Shown here in pieces: positions 35,818 through 49,200 of a DNA stretch of 64,000 nucleotides. How positions within the stretch are numbered: the stretch's first letter is position 1; the number at the start of each line of letters is the position of its first letter. The notes beneath the pieces were generated by a model, which saw nothing but the letters and a program-made list of their open reading frames with translations, made no database searches and was not told the origin of the DNA. The position numbers and the translations under genes are program-made. Origin of the DNA: Scenedesmus sp. PABB004 (Eukaryota); NCBI GenBank assembly GCA_014905635.1, contig JABVCE010000016.1, positions 310,001 through 374,000 of the forward strand, written 5' to 3'.

Positions 35818-37106
35818 ATGGACATCACGGAGGAGGACCTGCAGGGCCTCTACACCTGGGTGCGGCGCCGGACCGGGCCCACGGACCGCCCGCGGGCGCG
35901 TGCGGGCCGCAGGCGCGCGGGGCGGGCCGCCGCAACGCGCCGCCGCTGCCCGCGGCCGCAGGTGGACGAAATCCCGCTGTCCCGGCCCAAGCGCAACATC
36001 TCCCGCGACTTTGCCGACGGCGGTGAGCCGGCGGCCGGGCGCCGGCGGCGCGCCGTGCGCCGGCGCGGCGGCGGCGTGCACCGCGCTGGCGGGCCGCGCG
36101 CGCGCGGCGCGCTGCTCTCCCGCCGCGAACCCGCCGCGGCCGCCCCGCCGCCGGCCGCAGTGCTGCTGGCGGAGCTGGTGGGCCACTACTTCCCCAAGCT
36201 GGTGGAGCTGCACAACTACAGCTCGGCCAACGGCATGCAGCAGAAGCTGTACAACTGGACGACGCTGAACAACAAGGTGCTCAAGCGGCTGGGCATGCAG
36301 CTGTCGAGGGAGCACATGCAGGTGCGGCGGCGGCGCGGTGCAGCGGCGGCGGCGCGGTGCAGCGCGGCCGCCCGGCGCGGCGCCGCGGGCCGGCCCGCGC
36401 CGCGCGCGACGCCGCGCCCGCGCCGGGCTCGCGCGCTCGCAGGAGATCGCCACGGGCGTGCCGGGCGCGATTGAGGAGGCGCTGCGCGTGCTCAAGGTCA
36501 AGATTGCCAGCTTCCAGGAGGACGGGTGAGAGCGAGCGGCGGGAACCGCCGCCCGCCGCGGCCGGCCGGGCGGCGGCGGCGGGCAGCGGCGGCGCCGGCG
36601 CCGGCGCTGCAACGGCTGTGGCAACGGCAGCAGCTGACGCCTGCGCCGCGGCCGCCACCGCGCGGCGGCGCCGCCGCAGCTCCGGCAGGACCACGCCGCG
36701 CGGCGACGCCCTCGCAGCCGCGGGGTCGCTGACCGCGACGCACGCGGGCTTCGCGGCGGCGCTGAGCAGCAGCAAAGCGCGCATGCAGGGCCTGGCGGGC
36801 TCGCCGGGGCAGCAGCAGCAGAGCGAGGCGCTGGCGGAGAAGGAGCGCAGCATCTGCGAGCTGCGCGAGACCAACGAGGTGCGGCCGCGGGCGCGGCGGG
36901 GGCGTGCGCGTGCTGCGCGGCGCGCGCGCCGCGGCGCGGCGCGGCGCGGCGCCGGCGGCCGGCGGCCAGCGCCCGCCGCCCGGCTGCCGGGCACGGCCGC
37001 GCAGATCCTGGAGACCAAGGTGCGCAAGCTGGAGCAGCTGGTCAAGCTCAAGGACGCCAAGATCAGCACCCTGGTCGCCAAGCTGCAGGCGGCGGGCGTG
37101 GCGTGA
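35818..37106 (+). CDS. SPEF1: SPEF1/CLAMP-like CH-domain plus coiled-coil protein
   Basis: LYTWVDEIPLSRPKRNISRDFADG, FPKLVELHNYSSANG, ETNEILETKVRKLEQLVKLKDAKI. Confidence 0.88.
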
Positions 37107-37467
37107 GCGGCTGGCGGCTGGCGGCTGGGCAGCGGCGCCGCGACAGCGGCGCAGCAGCAGGATGGCGCGGCGCAGCTGCGGGGACTTTGCAGGAGCGGGC
37201 TGGAGGGGGCTTTGCATCGACCAGGTGACTGTCATTCGTCGCGGGCGGCCGGTGCACGCAGGGGCAGTTGCACGCGCTCCCGTGCGCGCGCAACCGGCCG
37301 CCGGCCAGAGTCCAGCCGGCGCCCACGGAGGGCGGGCGCCGTTGCTCGCGGCAATGTGCCCCCCGCCCGAGGTCAGGTCAGCGGCCGGCGTCTCGCGCGC
37401 CCGCGACGGCAGCAGCTGCTGCACGGCGCGCCGTTCCCCCGCGCTCGCTCGGTGCGGCGGCGCCGCG

Positions 37468-38426
37468 TCAGTCGCTGCCAAAGTCGCTCGACTCGTCGCC
37501 CTCCTCGCGCTGCGCGACGAGCCGCGTGACGAGGCCCTTGACCGCCGCCGCCTGCGCCGCGGCCTCGTCGTCGCCGCCGGCCTCGTCGCACACGGGGCCC
37601 GCGGTGTTGAGCACGACCGCGACGCGCTCGGGCGTCGCGCGCGCGCCGCCGAACTGCGACAGCCCCACGAGGCTCCGCTTGCACGCGCGGTCGCGGTACA
37701 CCAGCAGCGTGGGCAGGTTGGTGTCCGGGTAGCTGGGGATCGCCGCAGTGCTCACGATGCGCACGAAGCGCGTGTGGCAGTACTTGGACGCGAGCGCGTC
37801 AAGGCACTGCCCCAGCAGCTCGCACCCCGGGTGGCTGGGCTTGTAGAGCAGGCAGACGACCCAGTAGTCCGCGCTCGCGTCGGTCACCTTTTGCACAAAC
37901 TCGCTGCCCACGAGCTCCTCGACGCCCGTGAAGCGCGGCCGCGCCGCCGCGGACCGCAGCTCCGTGAGCCGCTTCTGCCTGCGCGCGGGCGCGGCGGCGG
38001 CGGCGCAGGGTGCGCCGTCTCGGCGCTGGCGGTGGCAGCCCGCTGTTGCCGGCGCCGGCGCCGGCGGCAGCAGCCGCCGGTGCTGCGACCGCTGCCGCCG
38101 CCGCTGCCGGCGACTGCTGCTGCTGCCCGGCGCGGGCCGCTGCTGCCCGTCGCGGGCCGCCGCCGCGCGCACCGCAGCTCCTCCAGCGCCCGGTCGTCCG
38201 GGAACTCGTCCTCGGCGCCCGACAGCTCGTCTTCGTCGCGGGCGGCGAGCCACGCGGCGTCGCGCGCCTCCTCCGCCGGCGCCGCGTACTTTTCGGGCTT
38301 CCACGGCTTTGGCCGCGGCGCCATGTTGCCCAGCCGGACCTGTATGTCCTCCCACTGCGTCGTCTCGCCCTCGGGGCCCTTGTAGAGCGTGTGCAGCATC
38401 GCGGGCTGCTGCTGCGGGTCGCCCAT
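37468..38426 (-). CDS. Phosducin-like protein (PhLP2/PDCL3 type)
   Basis: ETTQWEDIQVRLGN, AIPSYPDTNLPTLLVY; thioredoxin-like fold; 2 exons. Confidence 0.87.
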
Positions 38427-39202
38427 GGCGGCGCTGCCCGGGCGCTGCTGCCGCGCCGGCGGTTGGCGAGGAGGTCGGCGTGCCGCGGCGGGGGCTGGAG
38501 GCTCGCAGCGATGGGATCTCGTGGGAATCCGTGCGAGCGTGGCGCAGCGACGGACCTGCTACGCGGCCAGCGGAGCGAGCGGCCGAACCCTCGTGACGAG
38601 CCGCCCGCCAGCGGCGGCGGCACCCGCTGCAACGCCAGCTGCACACCAGCTGCACCCACCCAGCCGCACTCTCTGTCGCCCAGCGTTCCGCGCGCCGACC
38701 CCCGCGCCGCGCGCCGACCCCCCGCCGCACGCCGCGCACGGCCGCACTCGTGGCGGCAACCGGCGGCGGCGAGTGAGGGGCGTGCGCGTGAGGGGCGCCA
38801 GCGGTCGGAGGGCGCTCCTTTATTTTTCACGCTCCCCGCTGGCGGCGCGCGGCACGCTGAACCGCGTCACGTTTCGAACGGCCCCGCGCGCGCGTAGAGC
38901 ATAACACCCAGCCCGGCGCACCGCCCCGCACTTTGCCAACTCCCCCGCCGTGCACCAGCGCGCGCCCGCGCCCTCCGGTGCCCCGCCGCGCCTGCTGCGC
39001 CGCTTCCCGCCGCGAGCGCGCCGCGCCGCCGGCAGGCCCTCCGACGCCCTCTGCGCGGGCTCTCACGCGCTCCGCCAGACTGTGGGTCTCCCCCCTCTGC
39101 GAGCGCGCGCCCGCGGGCGCCCCGGCTGCCCCCGGCCAGGCCGCAGCAGTGCGGCGGCCCGCGCGCCAAGCGCCCCCGCGCGCCCGCGCGGCCCCCCGAG
39201 GC

Positions 39203-41624
39203 ATGGCGCCCCGCGCCGTGGCGGTGCTGGCGCTGGCCCTGCTCGGGCTGGCGCTGGCCGCGCAGCCCGCGCGCGGCGGGGGCGTCGACTGGAAGTGGAA
39301 GCCCGGCCGCGCGACGTACTACGGTGCGCGCGGCCCGCCGGCGGCCGAGCCCAGGCCCCCCGGCGCTCTCTCCGCCGCCCGCAACCCCCGCCGACCAACC
39401 GCCCACCGCCGCCCACCGCCGCCGCCGCCCACCGCCGCCGCCCCGCCGCGCGCGCGCGCGCGCAGGCACGGACGAGTGGTCCATCCACAAGGGCTCGTGC
39501 GGCTACGGCGCGCTGTGGCGCGACGAGCCGCACGGCTGGGACGTGGCGGCGATCGCTGACTACCACCCTGACTACGCCACGGCCTGCGGGTGCGACGACG
39601 CGCCGCGCCGCGCGGCGGCGCGGCCGCAGCCCGCCGCCCGCTGCCGCTGTCTGCCTCGGCGCGCGGCGCGCGCGCGCTCGCAGGACGGCGCGCCGCGCGC
39701 GGCCGCTCCGCGCCGCCCGGCCGACCGCGCCGCCCGCGCCGCCTGCCCGCCCGCGCGCCCGCCGTGCGCAGCACGTGCTACGAGGTGTCGTGCGACAGCA
39801 GCCACATCCAGGACAACTACGGCGCCAAGCTCGACCGCACCTACGCCTGCTACGACACCAGCCAGAGCGTCGTCGTGCGCATCACCGACACCTGCCCCTG
39901 CACCTACCCCGCCAACGCCTACTCAAACAAACGCTGGTGCTGCATGGACATGGACCACTTTGACGTGCGCCGCGCGCCGCCGCAAGCGCTGCAGCCGCCG
40001 CCGGCGCCGCCGCACGCCGCCGGCGCCGCGCGCCCCCGCCGGCGCCGCGCGCCACCGCAGCCGCCGCCGCCACCGCAGCCGCGCGCCGCCCGCCTGCCGA
40101 TGCCGCGCCGACCGCTGCACCGCCGACCGCCGCGCAGGTGTCGGTCTGGGCGTTTGAGAAGCTCGCGGACAAGAAGTGGGGCGTGATCGGTGCGCGGTGT
40201 AGCGCGCGCGCGCGCGCGCGGGGGGGGGGGGGGGGGCGCCGGCCGCCTCGCCGCGCGCTGCCGCGCCCCGCACCCGCAAGCGCACGCCCACGCGCGCCCG
40301 CGCGCGCGCGCGCCGCCCTGCAGGCATCAAGTACCGCCGCGTGCCGTGCGACTACCAGCCGCAGAAGCTCGCGCCCGCGGTCTCCAACCCCAGCCCCTTC
40401 CCCTCGGAGCCCAACTGGGGTGCGGCCCGCGCCGGCGCGGCCGCCCGCCCGCCCGCCGCGCGCCCCGCGCCCCCGCCCCGGCGCCGCCAACCCGCCACCA
40501 CCGCCGGTGGCGCCTGCCGCCGCGCAGGCCAGCCGCGGCCGCTGCGGGACTGGCCCGAGTATGCGGGCGAGAAGGAGCGCGACTACATCTTTACTGACGG
40601 CCTCGACCCCAACCGCTGGTGGGACGCGAGCTGGTCGGTCTGGGTGCAGCCCTGGGCGGACTCGCGCGCGAGCGGCATGCGGCGCAGCAACGCGTACTGC
40701 GCGAGCATCAAGAACCAGGGCGCGGTCGCGTTCCGCGCCGGCAACGGCGCGTTTGTGGGTGCGTCCACTGGCGCCGCGCGCGCGCGTGCGCTGCCCGTGC
40801 TGCCGCCGCGCCCCCGCCACACCTACGCGCCGCCCGCCGCCCACGCCCCGCGCCGCGCCCGCCAGGCAAGTACAAGCTGGAGTTCTGGGTGCGCGGGTCG
40901 GCGCCTCGGCCGGGCCCCCAGCCCGCAGCGCCCCGGCGCGGGGCGCTGCGCCGCCCCTCACGCCCGCGCCGCGCGCCGCGCGGCCGCAGGTGTACGTCGG
41001 CGTGACGGGGTGGGAGGGCACCGCCGCGAGCGTGCCCGACATCAAGATCAGCATCCGCGGCACCAAGGTGCGCGCGCGCGCCCGCCGCCGCCGCCGCGCG
41101 GCCGCGCACGGCCGCCCGCACCCGCGCCGCGAGCGAGCGGGGCAGGGGCAGGGGGCCGAGCCCCGGCATCCGCCGCCGCCGCGGGCGCCGCGTGCGCGCG
41201 CAGGGGCAGTGCAACTTGCTCAAGATCTACGACGTCAAGCCCGACGCGTTTGAGCCGGTCCGCGCGCCCCCGCCCGGGCTCGCGCGGCCCGGCCGGCGCG
41301 CTGCACGGCGCCGCGTGCACGCGCCGCGCCGCGCCGCCCCCTCCCGCCGTGACGCGCGCCGTGCCACACCCGCCCCCGCGCCGCGCCACGCCCGCCGCCG
41401 CCGCCGCGGCCGCGCAGACCACGGGCGTGGCCGCCGACTACTACTGGCGCTACACCTTTTACCTGCCCTACTTTGCCGGCGAGTGGTCCCACAAGGCCTT
41501 CAACAGCCCCAGCCAGTTCAGCGGCTGCGGCGGCAACGGCGTGTGGGACCTGAACGAGGTGCAGTTCCGCAACGACTGGGGCGGCGACAAGTGGGTGTGC
41601 CTCGACAACGTCGCGCTCGTGTGA
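39203..41624 (+). CDS. Secreted expansin-like (DPBB) protein with a C-terminal extension
   Basis: Signal peptide; GRATYYG, GSCGYG, ACGTCYEVSC, VVVRITDTCPC, HFD, IKYRRVPC. Confidence 0.85.
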
Positions 41625-41927
41625 GAGGGGGGCGGGCGTGCGAGGGGACTGCGAGGGGCGGGGGGCGCGCGCGCCAGCGCGCACACACGCGCACGGCGGC
41701 GGATCACTGATGGCTGACTCTGGCGGTCGATCGGTCTCGGATGATGATGATGGTGGTGCACCCTGCAGGTGGTGGGGGGCTGGGCTGGGCCGGGGCTGCA
41801 GCTTGCGTGAACTCGCCGGTGGGGGGCAGGCCTGGCTGCAGGAGTGCATGCGCGCCATCGCTTTCTTTTCTTGCTGCCGCCGCAGGCGCTGAGTGGGGGC
41901 CGCGCGGGCCGGGGACAATGACGATAG

Positions 41928-43885
41928 TCACATGGGACCCTGCACACAGCTGTGTAAACACATGCGTGCCACGTCAGGGGGCGACCGCGCCGCCTGCCCA
42001 GTCGCGCAGCGCGCGACAAAGTCAACCACCACCGCCTGGCGGCGCGCCAGGCTCGGCAGCGGCAGCACACCCCAGCTGTGTGGCATGGACGGCTCGCGCA
42101 CGTGCCGCACGGCGCCCGGCCCCAGCACCGCCGCCAGGCGGCCGGCAAACCTGCGCGCGCGCGCGGTCGGCGCCGGCCGACGCGCGCGCCGCGCCCCTCG
42201 GCGTGCGCGCGGCCGGCCGCGCCTGTCGACGTCGCGCCCCAGCAGCTCCGCGCCGCCCGACAGCAGCAGCCACGGCCCCGCGGCGAGGCCGTCGAGCCGC
42301 GCGAGCCGCGCGGGCGAGGCGTAGCCTGTCTGCAGCACCGCAGCGTGCGGCGTGTAGAGCGACCGGCCGGCGCCGAGCAGCGAGTGCGGCAGGTAGTCGT
42401 GCCTGGCAGGCGCAGCGGCGGCGGCGCCGTGGCGGGGCCGGGCAGGACAGAGGGCGCGCGCGCGCGCGCCGCGCGTCCGCTCGCGGGCCGGCACACCGCG
42501 CCTCTTGCCCCGCGGTCCACGCGTCGTCGTGGAAGCAGGCCGAGGGGCTGAGGTCCATCGCCGGCGACACCAGCACCATGCCAGCGATCAGCGGGAGCGG
42601 GTCGCCGGCCGCGCCGGCGGCGTCGAGCTCGAGGCGCGCCAGCGCGCCGCGCAGCCCGCCGAAGAGCTCCGCAACCGCGGCCCGCGCCGCGGACGCGTCC
42701 GGCGCCGCGCGCGCGGCGTCAACGCCCGCCGCGCGCCCGCCGGCGGCTGCGGCGCAGGCCGCGTCGACGCGGCCGGGGCCGGCCGGCGCCGCGCGGGGCG
42801 ATGCGGCGGCGCAGCTGGCGTCGACCGTGCCCGCGCGCAGGTCGCGAAGCGCCGCGAGCGCGGCGACCAGAATGTTGGCGCCCGCCGAGTCGGCGACTGC
42901 GCGCGGCCGCGGGCGGCGGCCGCCGCCCCGTCGGCGACGCACGGCGCTGGGCGCGCGCCCAGCGCCGCGCGCGGCGCGGCGCGGCGCGCACCCCCGACGA
43001 CCCGCGCGCCGCTGCCCGCGGTCGTGAGCTCGCGGGCGAGCCAGGCGACGCAGCCTGCGGTGGCGACCACGGCGGCGGGGTAGGGGGCCTCTGGCGCGAG
43101 CGGGTACTGGACTGACAGCACCTGCCGGCGTGAGCGGCGTGAGCGGCGTGAGCGGCGTGAGCGGCGGGCCGGCCGAGGCCGGTTAGTGCCAACGTTGACC
43201 GCCCGCTGCGGCCTGCGCGCGCCGCGCCCCGGCCGCGGCGGCGGCGCGCCTTTGCTGCCACGCCTTGGCGCGAGAGCTCCTGCAGCCACCGCGCAAAGGT
43301 GCGCGCCGTCATGAGCGCATCGCCGCCGACAAAGGCCCCGCCATGCACGTAGAGCAGCACCACCTCGGCGCCGGCACGGGGCGGGCCTGCGGGCGACCGC
43401 GCGGCGCCGCAGCCGGCGGCCGGCGCGCGCCAGGCGGCTGAGACCGCGCGCGCCAGCCGGGCCGCGCTGGCCGGCGCCCCGCACGCACCGGCGGCGCCGC
43501 CGTCGCCGCGCCGCAGGCCCAGCCAGAACGCCTCGGCGCCGCCGGCGTCGGCGACGCGCGAGACCGCGAGGCCGAGCGCGCTGAGGCGCTGCAGCGCGCC
43601 GAGGCCGCGCAGCACGGGGCGCAGCTCGGCGAACCCGTGGCGCTCGACGCACGCGAGGGTGGCGCGGAAGCCGGCGACCGTGAGCGCCAGGTCCAGCGGC
43701 CAGTCGCCGGCCGGGCCGCCCCAGCGGGGCCGGCGGCGGCGCCGCAGCGCGCCGAGCCCGCCGCGCAGCAGCACGCGCGCCCAGGCGGCGGCCGAGTGCG
43801 CCGCCATGTGCAGGCAGGCGGTCAGGGCGCGCAGGGCGGGCATCAGCTGCTGCAGGGCGAGCAGCAGGGCGCCCGCGCGCGCCAT
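41928..43885 (-). CDS. Alpha/beta hydrolase, HSL/GDXG lipase-like
   Basis: LLYVHGGAF, YPLAPEAPYPAA, ADSAG nucleophile elbow, MPH near the C-terminus. Confidence 0.8.
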
Positions 43886-44315
43886 TGCCGTTGCGGCGGC
43901 CCGCGGCGCGCGGCGGCTGTGGGCGGCGGCCGCTGCGGGCGCGCTGCGGCGCGCAGGGAGGGGGCCCCGGACTGCTGCCTGCGCGGAGAGACCTCGGAAG
44001 TTGAGCAGGGACGAGGGTTCGGGGCCTGCGCCGCTGCGCCCCCGCCGTCGCGCTGCTGCCGCCCGGCTGCGCGCGAGGCAGCGAGAGCGGGGCCCGGGGC
44101 CCCCGTCCCGCGCGCGCGGCGACTGCGCGCACAAAGGCTCGTTACCCGCAAAACGCACACGCCGCCGCCGCGGCGCGGGTCGCGCGCCGCCGCCGGCTGC
44201 CACGCCTGCAGCCGCCGGCGCGCGCGGCCCGCGCCGCGCCCGCCCCGCCCCGCCGCCCCGGGCGGCGCGGCGGCGCGCCTGCGCCGCCGCGCGCCCGCCG
44301 CGCCGCTCTCGGCGC

Positions 44316-45901
44316 TCACAGGCCAAAGCTGGGCAGGGTGCACTCCACGCGGCCGGCAATGAGGTCCATGTCCTTCTGGCCCGCGGGCGTGATGCGGCGG
44401 CCGCCCTTGGGGCCTGTGCGGAAGCGCGCCACGCGGGGGCAGCGCGGGACGCGCGGGCGGCGTGAGGCGGGCGGCGGCCGCGATGCGCGCGCGGCGTGGG
44501 CCCCCATGCTCTCGGACGCCGCTGCTGCCGCTGCCGCTGCCGTTGCCGCCGCCGCTGCCGCCGTCGCTGCCGCCCGCTGCCTGGCGCAGCTGGCGCCCGC
44601 TGCCCCGCCGCCGCCCGCTGCCTCGCGCCGCCGGCCGCCCGCTGCCTCGCGCCGCCCTGGCCGCCGCCTGCCTCGCGCCGCCCTGGCGCTCCCGCGCGCG
44701 TCGCCGCGTCGCCGCCGCCGGCGCCGGGGGCGCACCGGTGTGCTTCTCGAGGTAGCCGAGGCCCTCAAAGGCCTTCATGATGTGGCGGATGAGGCCGCCG
44801 CTGCTCTTGGCAAAGTGCTCGGGGTGCGCGCCCTTGCGCTTGTTGCGGCCGCCGTACTTCATGCGCAGCTGGCCCACGCCCAGGCCCTGGCGGATGTACA
44901 CCTGGCGCATCACGGCGGCTGCGCGCGGCGCGGCGGCGCGCGGCGGCGAGCGTGGCGGGTGAGCAGGGGGGCGAGCGGGCGGGGGCGCAGGGGCACGCGC
45001 GGGCGCGGGCGCCACCACTGCGCCTCGCGCCGCGCTGGCCCCCGGCTGCCTCCGCTGCCGCCGCTCCAGGGTGCGGCTTCTGTCGCTGCTGCCGCGGTCG
45101 CTCCTGCGCAGCTTCAGTCGCCGCTGCCTCGGCCGCGGCCGCTGTTGGTGCTGCCGCCGCGCTCGCCGCTGCCGCAGCGCTCGCCGCCGCCGCCGCTCCG
45201 GCTGCGTGCCCAGCTCCCGCGCGCCGCCCAGCTCCAGCTGCCCCCCAGACGTCGCTCCTCGCCGCCGCTGCGCCAGCCGCCGCTGCGCCGGCCGCCGCTG
45301 CGCCAGCCGCTGCTCCGCTGCTTCCGCCGCCGCTGCTCCGGCCGCTCCGGTCCCCCCCTGCGCCGCGCCGTCCGCGCCGGTCGCGCACCTGCGCGGATGT
45401 AGTACCAGTCCTTGTCCTGGGGCGGCAGCTCCTTGAAGGTGGCCGTCTTCACAACGTCCACCCAGTCGGGGATCTGCAGCTGCGCTCCCCGAGGCGCGGT
45501 GGGCGGCCGCGGCGGCGCGGGGCGGGCGCGAGCGCGTCAGGCCCGGTCCGAGGAGCCCCCAGGAGCGCCGCGCCGCCGGCATGCGGCGCCCGCCGGCCCA
45601 GGGAGGCGCGCATCATTCGCCTGCGGCGTCTCGCCCGCGCGGCCCCGCCTGCCCGCCCCGCCGCTCGATCGGGCGTCGCCGGCGACGGCCGCTCCGCCGG
45701 CACCCCGCCCGCGGCGCCTGGCCCCGGAGCCGCCGCGCGCTGCTGCTCGGGCGCGCCCGCCGGCCGGCGGTCCGCGCCGCGCGGGCCCCGCTCGCGTGCT
45801 TGCGGCCGAACCTTGTCTGTGCTCTTCAGGTGCGCGGCGTAGGCGTCGATGAACGCCTGGGCCGGCACATCCTTCACCGCCTGCGGCTTGTACTCCGCCA
45901 T
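44316..45901 (-). CDS. RPS19: 40S ribosomal protein S19 (eS19), 4 exons
   Basis: VKDVPAQAFIDAYAAHLK, DVVKTATFKELPP...DWYYIRAA, GRRITPAGQKDMDLIA. Confidence 0.97.
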
Positions 45902-46002
45902 GGTGGCGCAGGCTTGCAGCAGGGCGCTGGGCCGGCTGCGCGCGCGTCAAGAGGGCGAGCGCGGCGCGGGGGGCCCGCAAAGGCGCGCTGCTGCTGCTTG
46001 CT

Positions 46003-46012
46003 GGGTTTAGGG
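46003..46012. promoter_or_regulatory. Telo-box-like motif in the RPS19/DRC2 divergent promoter
   Basis: GGGTTTAGGG about 100 nt upstream of the RPS19 ATG; telo-boxes are known in plant ribosomal-protein promoters. Confidence 0.4.
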
Positions 46013-46291
46013 CCCGGCGAGCGACTGCCGAACGCCGCGCCTGGGCGCCGGGGGCCGTGATTCAGGCGCAGCGACGCGGAAAACACCGAGACCCGGGCGC
46101 CCAGCCGCCCCCGCGCCGCCTGCACAGCGCGGGCCGCCCGGCCACGCTCCCGTGCCCGTCCGCGCGCCCCAAGGCTCCGCCGCCGCGTCTCCGGCGCCGG
46201 GAGGTCGCCACGTGCACGTGCTGCCCGGTCCAGACGCCAGGCGGCGCGCCTCTCGGGCGCAGGCGCGCGGGGCGGGGCGTCAAAGCCGGCC

Positions 46292-49200
46292 ATGGCGAAG
46301 AAAAAGGCCCCCGGCGGCAAGGTGGGTGGCGACGAGGGCGGCAAGCCGCGCCCTGAGCGCCAAGGGCCGGTGCTGGAGGACCTGCACGCTGCGCCGCGTC
46401 GGCGGCGGCGGCGGCAGCGGGCAGCACAGCAGCGGAGCGCCGCATCGCGCCTCCGTCCCGCGCGCAGGCCGCCAGGGAGGAGACGGACGAGCAGCGCGCG
46501 CTGAGGCTGGAGATGGAGTCGCTGGCGGCGCAGGAGAAGGCCCGCACGCAGGCGGTGCGCCGCCGGGGCCGAGCTAGCAGCGCGCTGGCAGGGGCTGCAC
46601 GGCCGGACGGGGCCTGCGGCCCGCGGGGCGCGGCGCCGAGCCCGGGCCCGCCGCCGCCCCCGGCGCGCCGCAGGAGCTCGCGCGCGTGGCCCTTCGCGCG
46701 CGCCAGGCGCGCGAGCAGCAGTTTGCCCACCTCAACGGCATCAAGATCCACCACCAGTGGCGCAAGGCGCGCGCGCCCGCCGCGGCCCGCCGCCGCGCGC
46801 GCTGCCGGCCGGGCTGCCGGCTGCCGACGCGGCGCCGCGCCGCGCCGCGCCGCCGCAGATCATGCGCACCGCCAAGGTGGAGGAGCTGCGCCGCCTGGTG
46901 GAGGTGCTGGGCCAGTCGCACGAGCGCGAGGTGGACCGCAAGGACGCGCTTGTGCAGGTGCGTCGCCCGGCTGCGCGGCCCGGCCCCGGAGCGGCTGGCC
47001 CACTCTCGGCCACGCTTGCGCACACACGCGCACGCCCGCCTGCCGCCGCCGCGCGCCAGCTGCTGGACCGTGACCTCGAAGAGGCGGAGGAGCAGCACCA
47101 GGCGGCGCTGCGCGCGCACCTGCTGGTCGTGGACGGCCTGCTGGAGCTGCAGGCGCGCCGCCGGCCTGCGGCTGCGGCGGGCAGGGGCCGGCGCGGCCGC
47201 GGCCGGCCGGCGGCGCGGCCGGCCGGCGGCCGAGCGGCCGTGCCCCGCGCGCCGCGCGCTCCGCGCCGCCTGCAGGCGTCGCGCCTGGCGGCGCTGGACG
47301 CGCGGTACAACGACGACCTGCGGGAGCTGCAGGACGAGTTTGCGACGTGCGCGGCGCCGCGCGCGCCGGCGGGCGGGGCGGCGCCCGCGTGCGCCGCGCG
47401 TGCCCTAACCGATGGCCCCCGCCGCGCGGCGCGGCGCGCGCAGCGAGCGCGCCGAGATGGGCGCGAGCCACGCGCGGCAGAAGAAGGAGTTGCGGGACAT
47501 GGCCGAGGCGATGAAGGCGCGCGCGCGCGCGCGGGGCAGGCACCAAGGCGCCGCCGCCGCCCGGGCGGCCTGCGCACGCGCTCGCGCTCTCCAGGGCGCG
47601 CCCGGCGCCGACGGCTGCGCGCCCGCCGCCACCACCTCCGCAGGCCGAGTTTGCGGACGCCGACGCCGACGCGCGGCAGGAGTTTGAGTCGGCGCGCGAG
47701 GAGGTGTGCACGTCGCCCGCAGCGCCCGCGCCCCGCGCCCCGCCCGCGTCACCGCGCCACCCCACCGGCGCGCCGCGCCGCCGCCGCCCCGCCCGGGCGT
47801 GGCCACAGGTGCGCAACCGTGACAGCGAGGAGTACAACGTGCTCAAGATCCAGCTCGAGGGCATCATCGAGGAGCTGGAGAGGCACTTTGAGCAGGCGCG
47901 CGCGGGCCTGCCGCCGCGGCGCGCGCTGGCCGCGGCGGGCGCCGGGTGCGCGCCGCGCGGCGTGCGTGCTCGGCGGCGGGGCCGCGCCGCGACCGGCCCG
48001 GCGGCGCCGCGCCGCGCCGCGCAGGCGCACAAGGCGTACCTGGAGGGCACGGAGCACCGCGCGGCGGCGTTCAAGGGCCTCACCAAGAGCGACGCCGCGG
48101 CGGCGTCCGTCATCGAGCAGCGCATGCGCAAGCTCGTCCAGCTGCAGGCGCGGCGGCCGCGCGCGCGGAGCAGCCGCTGCCCCGCCGCCGGCGCACGGCG
48201 CGGCGGCCGCCGTCAGGCGCCGACCGCGCCCCGCCGCCGCCGCGCCCGGCCGCGCGCGCGCAGGAGGACCTGCAGCACTGGCGCGCCAAGATCGCGTCCA
48301 ACGCGCGCGAGTGGGACGAGCGCAACGGCGCGCTGCGGCGCGAGAAGGGACTCATGGCGCGGCACTACGCGGCCCTCAAGGCCGCGCTCGACGCCGGCCG
48401 CGCCGCCGCGGCGGAGCGGCTCAAGGCGCTCTCGGTCGCGAGCGGCGCGGCCATGGCGGTGCGCGCCGCGCGCTGTGCGCGCGCCGCGCGCCCGTACGGC
48501 GCGGGCGGCCCGCGACAACACCGCGCACGCGGCCCGCCGCTGCACAGGACCTGCGCGCCAAGCTGGGCAAGGCCGAGTCGGTGCTGAAGCTCGCCGAGAT
48601 GTGCCGCAAGCTGGAGACAGAGGAGGAGCGCGTGACGCCGTTTGCCGCGGTCGGCGGCGCCGTCGCGCTGCCGCCGCAGCTCGAGGCCGCGGCCGACGCG
48701 GCGGGGGCGGCGGCGGCAGCTGCAGCGGAGCAGCCGCAGGAGCAGCAGGAGCCGCAGCAGGAGCAGCAGGCGCAAGAGCAGCAGCAGGCGCAAGAGCAGC
48801 AGGAGCAGCAGCAGGCGCAGCCGGGCGGCGGCCCTGGCAGCTCGCCCGGTGCCGCCGCGCCCGGCGCCGCGCGGGCGGCGCCGCCACGGCTGTGCGCAGT
48901 GGGGCTGGACGACGAAGGCCGCGAGGTGGCGGAGTGGGACTACCTGACGCGGTGAGGCGCGCCTGGCGGGCGGGCGGGCAGGCGGGCGGCGCGCGTTGCA
49001 CGGGGTTTGATGAGCTCGCTCACCACCCTGGCGTGCGTCGTTGACTGGCCGCCGCCGGCCTCGCCCGCCCGCTCGCCCGCCCGCCGCAGCTTCTTCGCCC
49101 GCTTCAACCGCGCCACGCTCGACGTCGCGGCGGTCGACCGCGAGCGGGGGCGGCTGGAGCGCGAGAACGCCGACCTGCGGGCGCTGCTGAAGGCCTTCCT

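Noticed and set aside
33872..45388. snoRNAs in the long RPS5 and RPS19 introns
   Set aside because: These introns are low-complexity GCN repeats; I found no convincing C/D or H/ACA boxes or rRNA guides
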